Shown one piece after another: positions 13,895 to 26,478 of a stretch of 64,000 nt of DNA. The position numbers and the translations under genes were made by a program. The notes beneath the pieces were generated by a model, which was not told the DNA's origin, did not search any database, and saw only the letters and a program-made list of their open reading frames with translations. How positions within the stretch are numbered: the stretch's first letter is position 1; every line of letters starts with the position of its first letter. Origin of the DNA: Pelomyxa schiedti (Eukaryota; Protista; Evosea); the NCBI GenBank assembly GCA_020536535.1, contig JAHLWZ010000470.1, forward strand, positions 62,001 to 126,000, given 5' to 3'.

Positions 13895-16800
13895 TTATGA
13901 TGCATTTGTAAGCTCCCTCAAAGAGGTTGGTGTATTTGAGGGCCACTTCTCACATGACCCACTGACGAATATCTGATTCAAGTCCGGAAGTGGCCTTTTT
14001 GCTTGTTCCGATTTGGGTTCCATTCTGGTTTGTTGTTAACAGGATAAACTGTAAAGATTTGTCATACAGAAGGAAGCATTCGACTTCCCCTTTGCCTTTG
14101 ATTTGAACTGGTCCTCTGGACTCGAATTTGTAGCCTCTTTGTGTTAGGAAGTCCTTGGTTTTTTCCCCCACTTGTATTCTATCAGGCACACCGGAACTCT
14201 CCAACCTTTTCGGGAAGTTAATAGAGACCAAAAGGGGAAAACAATGGCTATACCGGGATGCGAAGTTGACAGCATCACCCCAGAGGTCTGATTTGAGTTA
14301 CGGAATAAATTACACTAATTTTGAAGAAAGGTGTATACCAAAGGCCCATTTCTTCTTGCCAATTACACCAGCAACTACTGGTCCAGTGTTGATCCCTACT
14401 CTTATCCGCAACTCTTTACCGTGTGCAGCGTTATATTTTCCGAGGATATGAAACATTGCTATTGTCAGTTCAAGTATGTCTTCTGCGTGGGTGCTGGATT
14501 CTTCTGGCATTCCACCAGTCACCATGTAACTAGTTCACGTCAAAATTTGTGAATGGCAAGAGTGTGCTCACCAGTCCCCAATGGTTTTTATTTTTTCTAC
14601 ATGATAATAGTCAATCACAGAGTCCCAGGCCGAGAAAAGAGAATTGAGCATGCTGACCAGCTCCCACGGACGCATCTTGGATGCTAAAGGAGTGAACCTA
14701 GAAGGGGATTGTAAGAAGGTAGGAAAACGGTGGAACAAGTACTCGACGATATCTGCAAAGGCAACAGTGACGTGTTTGTATTTTTCTGCAATCAACTTCT
14801 CTGGATTCATTTCAAGTTTCTCTTTTATCATCTTCGGCAGGATATTGACTAGTAAAGCATCAGTGCGCCTCTTTTGTTCCTCGATAATTGCTTCTTGAGT
14901 CTTAAGGTTACTGATATCCTTGAGGAACATGGCAACTGTGGCCGCTGAAAAATTGTTGACTAAAGTGAGTATGTATGGCTTCGGGCACACCATCCTTAGA
15001 TACAACTTCAGAAACAGAAAGTAATACAGGAATTTCTTTGCCATCTGCGAAGTATGTTGGTCACAAACCACTACGTCCAGAGTAAATACCCGTATGTGAA
15101 ATAATCAGTTCCGTGTTGTTGATTGAAGGAAGTGAGCCATTAGTTGGATCGACTGTTTGCCCAGGGTCCATAAGCATTTCCATCCTGACACTGAATGGCC
15201 GCATAACCTTGTCGGGTAGAATTAGACTTGCATGATGTCCCAAAACATCTTCTGTAGCACGACCAAAGAGGCTTTCTGCACTGGGGTTGAATGACTCGAT
15301 GGTACCCCTACAAATGGTGAGTGTTTCTACTTCTCAGAACATTACCTCTCATTTAAAACAATCACGGCATCCTTGGAGCCATCAAGGAGCAACCTTGTTT
15401 TCTTCTCTTGCTCTTCCTGGTCTGAGTAAGTATTACATATTAATTGAGAGGGAAATACTGCTGCTGCTTTTACAACACCAGTGCTGGCAGAACCAGTCTC
15501 AAGAAACCGATTGATGATATCAGTTCCCTGAATAATGTTCAATGGCAGAGTCATTAAAATCTTGAGAGTTCTTTGCCATCAGGTGAGTTTATGGGCATGT
15601 GAATAATATAACTACTTGGTATGCTCAATGTTCAACCGCCCAAGTAAAGAATTAAAGACCCAGTAAAAACCAACTGTAATAGGAACACTGCGGAGCGATG
15701 AGCATTATATTTTCGAGAATAGGATAGAAACCTCAAACCCAATATTATTTTAAAGAGAACTACCGAAGTGGAGAGAGTCAGTGTGGCCTCCTCTGTATGA
15801 AATGTCAGAATGCAACAAACAAACAAAAAACATACCCACAAAAATGTCAATGAGTTCGCCACACCAACCGAAAAGTGTTGGTGCAACAGTAACAGGAATA
15901 ACATAGAACTCACTTGTCCAAGTTCGATTCCTTAATTTGGATTACTAGGGATATTAATCCGACAAAATGGAATGGTACTCTGGGGGAAGGTGACTGAAAG
16001 CCCACAAGTTATCAACAAAAATGTGAAGCATGGATTCCAACCCAGTGCAGTAGATTGAAGAATTGGCAAAAGTGGGACAAGATCGGTAGTACAGAAGGTC
16101 CCATGCTTTATTCTGCTTGTAGATCTCACTGCAGAAGGGCACTGAGGGGAAGAAGTAAAAGATTCGTGCAAATACCCAGAGGAGTACCGCAGCTGATCGT
16201 AATAGTAACGGTACTGCTCAACATAAAACGCGAAGGTGGTATTAATCTGGCTCCAGGTCAAAAAGGTTTATTGGTTGGCTATCTTTACCTCATTACCAGG
16301 CCAGGTGACAGTATCGTCCCAAATCATTTCAGACGACATGTACAGCATTCCCTGTGCACGCTGAATCATAGTCTGGCCAGTGTCAATAGAAACATCTAGG
16401 ACATATAAGCGTGAATAAGTACATTTGGCAATAAACCTTTTCCCCGTTGAGTTCTCGTAAAAACAAGCACAATCAGTACCATCAGCAAAAAAATTGTGGT
16501 CAGTGTGCCAAATGCACAGATGAAGGCAATTCGTAATTTCGTGATGATACTCATCTACCACACATAAGAAATTCTTCCTTACGAGACATGTTTCACCTCT
16601 CTATCACCTAAATCTACATGCGCAGCCGAAAAATCGTTGTCATCACCTGCTGTGACCTTACCAAGCATATTTATCGCTGTGGTCTGTTTATTGTAATGAG
16701 TTTTCTCATCGGTTTAGGGAGATTACCTTGGGAAGCTCTCGGAAAAGTGAAATTGTTGACTTCATCAGTCAGCCAATTCACAACAATAAGAGAAACAAAA

Positions 16801-19800
16801 ACCTGTCTTTCCTTTCGTAATGTATAGTCACTTGAAAGATAGAGGAGTAAAACAAGGCAAACGCTGTACACCAAAGCAATTGGAAGAACTACTCGATGGT
16901 TATCGAGGAAGTAATAAAGTCGAAACACACAAATGTAAACTTGCGTAAATAAACGAGAAAACTGTGACAGGTTTATAACCCTCTGAGATGTGGCAAGTGA
17001 AAGCCTTAAGAAGTCAGAAGAGGCAACCAATACCAGAGTTTTACATAGGTTCCACAAGAGCCTGAAAAACATTGTCCAAAAGAAAACGGAATCCAAGTGT
17101 GTAAAAAAAGTCTGCTTTCAGAGTGTTGTTGACTTCACAGTGGGTGTTAGGAATGATTAATTATGTTGGTATATACCAATAAAACCAATAAGGTCTTCTG
17201 CATAAGCCAACGCCTCTGTTGTAGCTTTGTACAGAGTTTCGTTTCTATACTCAAACCAATTTGCAGGGTCTGGATCGACTTGTGTCCTGTTATTTTTCAC
17301 ACTTAGGTTTAAGAAAATCAATTAGTAACGCACCCCAAGTAGTATTTAATGGTGAGGTCTCCTGTTTCCCAAAAAGCTCTTTCTGCTTTTGTTTTTGAAC
17401 TCGATGTGAGGGACTGGTCAAAAGCTGTGCGGGTGGTATTGATCAACAAGGGAAGAGATTCCTTCAGTTGGTCTGTGGAACGATATGTGTCCACATCATG
17501 CGCTTCAATGCCAAGAAGTCTCAAAGAATCCAAAATGGACGTTAAATCGATAATGGCATCATCTTGGAGATAATGAGTAGTGCACAAGGGTACTCAGAAT
17601 CAGCATACTGGAATATGTGATGGCCTTTGTATATTCGATGAGCTTATTACACGAAACTGCAACCAAGGAGAAAAGGACAATAATATTTACTAGTCCCACC
17701 AGAAGAGCCACTGAAAGGCTCATTCTCATACGCCGGATGGGCCAAGATCTGAAAAAAAAAAGTGAGAATAGGAAAAGGGAACTTCAAAAGTACTTGGTCG
17801 ACTCTACTCTTTGTCTATACTGCATGATAGTGCTACGCTCAGCAGTGGAAGGGGAGGATGACGCGCTACTGAAGTCAGAAACTTCTGAGCTTGTACTAGA
17901 TCTTCGACTACACGTGGAACCTCGAGGGGAGAGTGCAGCTTCAGTGCCTACAGCCGCAGACTCTACAGGTTCTTCTGCAAAGCGAAGTTGTGGCCTGGAT
18001 TAAGTGATACTCCATTAGCTGGAAGATAAAGAAAGAAGAGGGCAGACTTTGCCGCGGTCTGCTTTTGCTTGCCGCGGTTCTCATACTCTTCTGCAAGTTG
18101 CAACAATACTTCTGCTTCCTCCTTGTCATCTTTGATATCTTGTAGGAAGTTCGCTAGGTTTCGCAAACACTGCGGAGAGCGTGGGCTATCTCGTCTATAG
18201 GAAAAGGGTAGTGCTCAAGATAACAGAAATTCAACCTACAATAACTTTCTATACATGGCTTCTGCAGCAGTTTCATGCTTGTGTATGGTGGATACAATAG
18301 AAAGTAATTTATCTGTATTAAGATTTTGCTTGGCCCTTGTGAGTTGCAACCAAAACGCTGCCAGAGCTTTCTTTGTGGTTCTTGGGGAAAATCAAAAAAC
18401 AAATAACAGAAAAAAGTGGAAAACCTGACGTGGCGGCGTGCCATTTCAAGGTCTAATTGCCTTTCCTCATGAGACACACTTTCCCCCCTTCGTGTACTTA
18501 TGCAGTATCTTACATATTGAATATCAAAAGAAGTCGAAGAATCTCGTCGGACTCCATTGAGCTTCAAAGGTATTAGAGATGGAGGCCCATAAAAAGGAAG
18601 AGTAATTGAAGTGGGTAGAGCCTAAGTCAACCTTGGCAATTGCTTCAGAATAGTTCAGTTTCTTCTCAACTAGAAAGATGGAATACATTATCGTTAAATA
18701 TGGATTTTCAGGGAACTCCCTTGAGTGGTGTCAGTTTGTGGCAAAGGAAAGAAAATATGTACTTAAAGCCGGTCTGGAAAATTTCTTCAACTTTTTGTAC
18801 ATCTTGGGCAGAAGTACTAGGTTTGGTGTAAATGAATCTTGGAGGAGTTAGCCAGTTCGTTTTTCACAAGTGATATTTCTTTCTTACCGGGTTTGCATTT
18901 CACATTGAAAAGGATAGCGATAGTTTAGTCCTGGCTTAATGAACAGGGGTCGAATTTTCAATACAAACATTCGAACCTGCCAGTAGTGTCAATAAAGTAG
19001 ATGCAAGAATCGGAGAATAACCTTGAGAAGTGGCACACCAAGAAGTAAACCCAGGAAGAAGAAAGCAAGAGAGATTATCCACCAAGGAACAGATGTATGG
19101 CTAGTCCATGCAGGGTAGATTAAAGTTGATGCCAAAGTTAACCCTGTATAACTCATAGCAATACATAAATTTACGTATTTGCTATAGTATCCCTAAGCTC
19201 TACTTTAGTAGAGTACTGGTTGCCCGACTTAGCATACCAAAAACAGGACTTGGCCAGACAGAAGTAAGAAGAAAGTAACCAATACAATGGCGGGATGAGC
19301 AACAGAAATGGAATAGGTTTCAAAAAATGAACAGAGGTCAGAGGCAAGAAAAATGTCTGATAAAAGCAATGTCATCTTCGCTGCCCATAACCCAACACGC
19401 AGACGGGAATTAGGCATTGATAAAGTGGAGTCACTTGGGCGGAAGTCATTACAGCTACAATGCCGTATTAGAAACTTAAACTTAACACTGTCGAGTTGGG
19501 AGGCATACAATAGATATGACATAAAGGAGTCCAAGAATAAAAGTACAAAACAAAGGCACCCAACAGCTATAGTCCAAATATCAGCCTCTCCCACTTTAAT
19601 CAGTGGGTGCAGCAACATATAACCCATAGGCAGAAGCAAAGCAGGGCATATAACATTAGCAAGCCGCAGTACCACAAACAGCTTCCGCCACCCTGTGCAC
19701 CATAAAGCGTTAATTTTGATTCTCACAGTTCCAACAAAACACTTAGACACCTAAATTCCCCGACAGTACGAACCGCGCCTGAAACAGCAGAGCCGCTACG

Positions 19801-20378
19801 TGCAGAGCCACAAGCGCAGCCGCGATGCACAGCGCGGCGACGCACGATGTGCCGGGCACGGCGGCCGAGGCCACCGGGTCCCGGAAGTGCCTGAGTACGA
19901 AGGCAGCTCGCACGGCGTTGTCGGGCGAGGCCCCGCCGTTGCGCGAGAAGATGAAGCGGTCGTCGAACGCGAAGGTGAAGAGCTGGAACAGCTCGAAGAG
20001 CAGAAGCGGGATCCGGAGTTTCTCCAGGTCGCGGCGTTTCCATGATTGGTAGCAGACGAAAGACACAATGTCGGTGAGCTTGTTCGAGGCGCCGGTGAGA
20101 GACACGTAGGCCGTGCTCGACGACGCCGTCTGCGAAGACGACGCGTTCCCCCACGGGTCTGCCTCGTCGCCCAGGGGTTGTGGCTGAGGAGATTTTATCA
20201 GGCTGCTTGGTGGGAGCTGCCCTGTTGTTGCAGTTGCTGTGGCCGCTGCGTCTGTGGCGGCCCCGGAGTCGTAGATTGGCTCCATCCCTGGTGATCCGGA
20301 CTGTACAATGACGCCGTGGTGGGCGTTTTCTCCCACGTCCACATAGTTGCTGTCGTCTTCTGGGGAAATCCTACTCAT
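13895..20378 (-). CDS. Giant multi-pass membrane class III adenylate cyclase with PAS domain (TmcB/TmcC-like architecture)
   Basis: Several blocks of TM helices, PAS ('DAVIVLNE..GTIESFNPSAESLFGRATEDVLGHHASLILP'), coiled coil 'EQKRRTDALLVNILP', cyclase motifs 'VTVAFADIV..FT', 'EKIKTIGD', '[39 protein letters not shown]'. K and D specificity residues indicate ATP substrate. Exact stop is 13895 or 13950 depending on the last intron. Confidence 0.85.
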
Positions 20379-20705
20379 ACAGTATTTGAGAGTTGTGTGG
20401 TAGTAGAGGTGGTTGTTTGCTTGGTTTTTTTTATTTTCTGATTTTTTTTCTGTGATCTTTCGAACCGTGAGAGAAGTTTCGTCTGCCTGCTGAGAACGTT
20501 GAACTATGCTACTTGGCGGAACGTTTTCGTTGATCAATTGATTTTGACCTAGGTATCGGAATACGCGTTAACGCGTTTTCCTATAACAAGTTTCGCCGAT
20601 CTCCAATTTTCGTACACGTCCGTTAGTGGCAGGAGGGACAATCTCGGAATTCGCCGTGGATTCCAATGGACATAAAAGGGGAACTGGAATGGCCGGGTGC
20701 CAAAA

Positions 20706-22159
20706 TCACTCTGCAGTGCATTTGCTAAGGAGGGAGAAGTCCACGCAGTAACCGTTGCCTCTCTGGGTGACCATGTCGGAGAATGTTGCGTTCCAGACAA
20801 TCTCGTGTTCTTGTGCGAGATAGCTCCTTTTTCCCAGGTTTTATTCTTGTGTTGGGAGGGAGAAAGTTACCAGCGGCACTAAGTGATGTCAATGGCGAGA
20901 TTACGGGGAAGGGCCGCGTACTTGAACAACTCCACTACAAGCCTCGTCCACACCTAATCAAAGTAGGATTTTTAGTCTCAAAGACACCAATTAATGTACT
21001 GTACCTTCAAGGATAGCCACAATTTCAGCCCCTCTCTGTTCCAGTGATTGTGGAGTCGCATTGTACAGAGGACTGTCTCCTGTACTTGTTTTTACGGGAA
21101 TGTTCAAGTTACGTGGAAGAGACTGTTCATCAAGTGAACGATGGTCCAAGGTAGCGGTAAGTGGGGGGATATGTTAGTCCCAAGTCCCAGCTGGTCATTA
21201 ATATCTATATTCATTTTAGTCTATTACTTCTGAGCTTTAGTGAGGTAACCGAATTTCAGTTGGTGCATCCTGAATACATGTCGACTGTCACTCAAGCCGG
21301 GCTCGCGTCCGTCAGGGGTTTCTTTCTGAAGAAGTAGCAAGGTGAATTCAGGTACACACAGCTGTGATTTTCGCATGCTACAAACACGAAGAACCAGCCT
21401 TGGATACTCTTCATAACTCGGCCGTGTAACTTTTGTTGTTCCTTGGAGTGAATGCAATGCACTAGTGGAACTTGACTCAGAAGTAATCATGGTCTGATGT
21501 TGCGACTCAAGTTCACTTCTTCCATTTGCCCTTGCGGCTTGAAAATAGGTCTGCTTGAAGGAAACCACAGCAACATCAGAGAAAACGAACTCACGTGCAA
21601 TGCGAGACGGGCGGGATATCTTGGCAAAGACACAACCAGTAAGCACAGCAGTAAACAAGGTACTGAAATATGCTTCAACTGTAGCAACTGCGTTTACGTA
21701 AGGGGAAAGTGGACTCCACAGCCCAAAGCCAATGGTCTCCCATGTCTGAACTTGATTGACGAAACTGTTAGACCCAGCCCCAAAAAAAGGATTGTTTGTT
21801 TTTGGGTGAATTTACCTGAAAAGAAAAAACAGTCACGGTAACCTGCCACACCACTATGATTGACCATATTCACAATGCCTTGCGTATCCCAATAAAATAA
21901 CAGTGCGAAAAGCAGATTCATGCCAAGGTATAAGACACTAACACCCACCAAAAGTTTCCACCATGTAAAGTCCAACCTGGCGAGGATGGATTACTCTCCT
22001 TACTAAAAGGGAAAGAGATTCACACAAGACATGATATAAATCGGAGAACGCTGACTTGAAGCCACGTGAGGCAACACCGACGCGAGTAATTTGCAGTTTA
22101 TGAGGTTTATGCCGAGATACAAGTCTATGCACCACGTAACCATGTGGATCTCGATCCAT
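20706..22159 (-). CDS. Inward-rectifier potassium channel (Kir/KirBac-like)
   Basis: 'FSDLYHVL.DFTWWKLL', TM1, spliced pore 'DCFFFSVQTWETIGFG', TM2 'LTGCVFAKISRP', 'FVFSDVAVV', 'PRLVLRV', C-terminal 'SYLAQEHEIVWNATFSDMV...YCVDFS'. Confidence 0.9.
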
Positions 22160-22380
22160 TGCCTGGCTGTATGTATATATTAAGTTTGTATTATGGAAAA
22201 ATGAAGGCAAACTTCGGCAGGGAACCACATGCCAAACTTCAACGCAGATCTGTATCCCAAAATCGGGTGTCGCACAACAGCCGACAAGAAACCCCGCAGG
22301 TACTAGCCCGATCGGATTTTCATTTCGTTGTGAACTTGTGTGTGTTTTCTTCTTGGGATTCCCAGAAGAACGCTTCACTC
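22160..22380. promoter_or_regulatory. Short (about 220 bp) divergent promoter region shared by the Kir channel and gldA
   Basis: Head-to-head ATGs at 22159 (-) and 22381 (+). Confidence 0.5.
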
Positions 22381-24061
22381 ATGAGCAGCCAGCCCAACGC
22401 GCAAGTTGCTGCAGATGCGAGGGTGCACCACGACGACGACTTGTCATGGAAGACGGCTGTGGCAGCTCTTAGGCCGACGGTGCGGTCGTCCCTGTTCCCC
22501 GGGAAGTACGTGCAGGGACCGGGGGCCCTCGCCCGCGCGCCCGAGCTGATCGCGTCGCTGCTGCCTGAGGGGGCGCGCGCCAAGGCTTACCTTATGTGGA
22601 ACAAGCGGACTCACGTCAAGGAGATCTTGGAGTCGAACCACGTCGAATGTGTGGCCAATTGTCTGGAGGGCGAAAACACCTCCGCGACGGTCCTGGAACA
22701 CGTGGCAATCTCGAAGTACCCTTAGCTCCCCTCCCATTCCTTGTATATATACCCCAAGTTACAAATATACATACCACAAGGCGCAGTGCTTGCAATGTAC
22801 TTGTGGGAGTTGGAGGAGGAAAGCTTATCGATTGCGCAAAGGCTATCGCTCACTACTGTGACATCCCTTGCGTCATCTGTCCCACAATTGCATCCACTGA
22901 TGCACCATGTTCTGCACTATCTATAATCTACGATAGGAACGGAACGGTGGACTGTCCTTTATCCCAACAACCACTTATTTACTAAAGCCTGTGTGCAGGT
23001 GGAAAGCATACTTCATCTGCGACGTAACCCAGATATAGTCATTGTAAGAACGTGTTTATTCTCCTTAACTGAACTAAGCAAAACAACACAGGTTGACACT
23101 GAGGTCATCGTTATGGCTCCTCCAAAAACTCTTGTTGCTGGCATTGGGGATGCGTTGGCCACTTGGTTTGAAGCTGAGAGTTGCATGGTAAAACAGGCTC
23201 CAAACTGTGGTTGGTTTATCAGACCCTTTCATTCAAGTAGCTTTAACTGCCCATAGGTCCTGGTGGGTTAAGAGGAACTCTTACAGCGTATACTCTTGCC
23301 CGATGCTGTTACAAAACCCTTCTCAAATATGCAGTTGCTGCTGTCGAATCGAATAAAAGACATGTTGATTTCTTTCTAAACTCAGCTGCACCTCATCGAA
23401 ATGCAGGAAATAACCAGAATTTGAGTGCATTGTTGAAGCAAATACTCTTCTTTCAGGGTTGGGTTTTGAGAGTGCTGGACTTGCCACTGCCCATGCCATC
23501 CATAATGGACTCTCGGTACTTAGTGCAAGCTTCCCGCATAACGATGCGTGAGTGTGTTGAATTTTTTTGCGGAATCCCTGACATTTCAAAGCCCAATGCA
23601 TGGCCAAAAAGTTGCTATTGGACTTCTTGCCTCTATGTTCCTCACAAACAAGCCACCCACGAAGATAGATCAGATATCCTCCAATTGAATTCAACTCTTC
23701 AACTTCTGATTTATTATGAACTCCTTAACTGTTTCCATATATATGCCTTCTGTGAATCCGTAGGGCTTCCAACAACCCTTGCAGATATCGGTCTGCCACC
23801 TCTAACAAATGAACAACTACAAGCTGTTGCCAATAAGGTATCCATATTCAGTACTCTCTTCTTCTAAATCACACGGCAAGACATGTTTGAAGACAAGTTC
23901 GTCTCAGGAATCTATATGGAATGAACCCTACACAGTTAACCCTCAGGTGGTTATAGACTGTATCAAACGTGCAGGTTCCTTTTTCAAAAGCACTTCATTT
24001 TTTTAACTACTCTCAAGATGCTCATGGTAGAGCCCGGAAATCCACAACAAATTCTTTCTAA
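22381..24061 (+). CDS. gldA: Glycerol dehydrogenase (GldA-type, family III metal-dependent alcohol dehydrogenase)
   Basis: '[11 protein letters not shown]', '[13 protein letters not shown]', '[17 protein letters not shown]', '[26 protein letters not shown]', '[26 protein letters not shown]', 'HGQKVAIG', '[11 protein letters not shown]'. Confidence 0.93.
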
Positions 24062-24157
24062 AAGGGGAAAAAACTTCCGGCATAGTATTGCTTTTATCCT
24101 TTCTATTGTAATGCCTTGGTGTTACATGTGCTAGGCGGTATAGGTGAAACGTATAAG

Positions 24158-26307
24158 TTACAGGCACATAGAAATGCATGAAGTTTGATAGGACTCATAG
24201 GCCAGAGCATATGCGAAGTTAGTTACTACATTGACTGTTTGTGCCATTCCCGACATTGTCCAAGAGGGATCATATGCATCACAAACCTGGTGGTAACACC
24301 CAAATAATTCTGGCACAACAACAGTGTAGAAGTAGGAACTTGGTTGGTTTTCATATTCAGTGCCTGCATTGGGAGTGATTTTTCAGTCATATGAAGAGCT
24401 AATTACCAAAAGAAGTCATCACACTCGGTACTCCTTGTTTGGCAAAGCTGAAGTGGTCACTGTGGTAGTACATAGAAGGATCAATGGGAGACTCCTTGAA
24501 AAACATTTCCTCCTGTTCTGCTGCCCAGGTGAAGAGCTCCGCGAGGTTGTTTCTTGTTGTGCCTATTACGGCAAAGTCCGCAGTGAGGCCCCATAAATTG
24601 CCACCATCCAAGCTAATAGCAGCTACAAGATTGTCAACAGATATCCCTTCCGGCAGGTGGGTTACAAAGTATTCAGAACCGAGAAGGCCCAACTCTTCAG
24701 CAGTGGGGAAAAGGAATATCACCCCGCGGTTGCGTTCATCTCTGAGAGAATTTAGAGTTGCGTACGAGATTGTTGTTCTTACAGTACGGTCTCAGAAAAG
24801 GCGTATGCAATTGATAGCAATGTACTGCAACCAGCGCCGTTGTCAATTGCGCTTGGGTAAACTACACCGTTGACTATTCCCATCCCATCAATATGGGCCA
24901 CCAGTACGACGTATTCGTCACTTCGACCCTCCAAAATTCCAATCACATTCGTTGCAGTGTAAGAGTAGGAATCTTCATTTGAGGTGAAAGGAGAAGCCGG
25001 GCAGAATTCCTTTACCAAAAGTGACACTTGCAGAAACAGTGGCAGGAAGAGTCTGGGGGACCTCACCAGAGTTGGCATCATTATACCACTGGTCAAGTGA
25101 TGTCCCACAAAGAGTTGCTAGCTCTGCAGTTCTATTTTCTGCCATCTAGCTGAAATTAAATCAAAGGTTTTTGTTTGGGTAGGCTGTGAAGCATACCCAT
25201 CCAAGAAGTGAAACACCACTGACAACAGAAAGTCTTGAATATGAAGTTCCAAAATCACTTTCTACATTGCTCCACTCCTCAATAGTGGGTTCGTCCACAA
25301 CGAAAATTGCTTTGGCTTTTTGTCTTCCTGCTTCTTCAACTCTGTAACATTGGAATGAGCCCTGTCTTTGTAGAAGGATTTGATACTTGTAATCCCAAAG
25401 GGAGTAGTATAGATAGCTTTGATTTGTCCACAATCCTGCTGTTGGTTGCCCCAGAAGGGCAATGACCACTTTTCCCTCCACATTCATAGAATAGTCATTC
25501 CAACCCATCTCAGGTGCCACAATACCATAGCCAACAAATACAACATCTACAAAACGAATGTGTACTTGTAAACAAAAAAAAAAAAAAAAAAGGAAGAAAG
25601 AAAGAGATTACTTGCAGATGATATATCAACCAGGGTGGAGTCTGTCATTTCAACTTGTGTTGTAGCCAAGTACTCATTATACCAGCTAAAGGATAACTGC
25701 CAAGTCCCACTGGTACCCTCAAACAGCATTGCTGTTTGTAAAGTTGGTGTCACTTCCTTGAAAATGACTCATTCTTTTTTTTGAGGGGAAAGTAATAGTA
25801 ATCTAATAAGATTGTGAGAACCAAACCTGAAGAGGGACATCTTGGTAGTAGGAGCCATTGAAACCCCCAGGGGCAATTTCCCACTGAGCAAGTTGAGATT
25901 CCACATACAACTCTGCCAAGGACTCTCCCCTGCTCCCTGCTCCCCTTCCCTCCATTGATTCATCAGACAGGTGCATCAAATTTGCTCTTATCTAGTTCGA
26001 AAAGCTATCTATCAGTCCAACGTTTACATGTTTGTTTTTTGTAACTGCCCAGTTGCCATAAGTTGCGTTTGGGTATTCGTTTTGTTTGTTTATGCGGATT
26101 GCAGCGATGAGTGTGGCAGGGCTGGTAACAACAACAGACCATCGTCTCAGAGACTGTGTCAGTTACGTCCGTGGGCGGCTCCTCGGGCTGGTTGTTGTCG
26201 TCCACGTACCTCTCGATGTCGATGGCCAGCATGGCCACAATCAGCCCACCAAACGCCAGCATCAGCGCCGCGAACCCCACTTTGAGCAACAACGCCCTCC
26301 CCTTCAT
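24158..26307 (-). CDS. M28 family metallopeptidase with PA domain and N-terminal signal anchor
   Basis: Hydrophobic N-terminus; PA-like 'FVGYGIVAPEMGWNDY..VEGKVVI'; Zn ligands 'AHID', 'IDNGAG', 'TAEELGLLGS', 'SLDG', 'SDHFSF', 'YHQVCD'. Confidence 0.9.
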
Positions 26308-26478
26308 CCTGTTGACTGTGTGTAGTGCCGGGAATGGCCTTGGAGGGGTGTTTCTTCTGAAATGACGAAATGAAACGCGTTTGTTTTTTCCGTGTCGTTT
26401 TCCTCAGATACGGAATAGATCAAGATTTGGGCTGGTGTTGGGGTGATGTGTACAAAGTTTTTAGAAGGGTGTGGGTTC

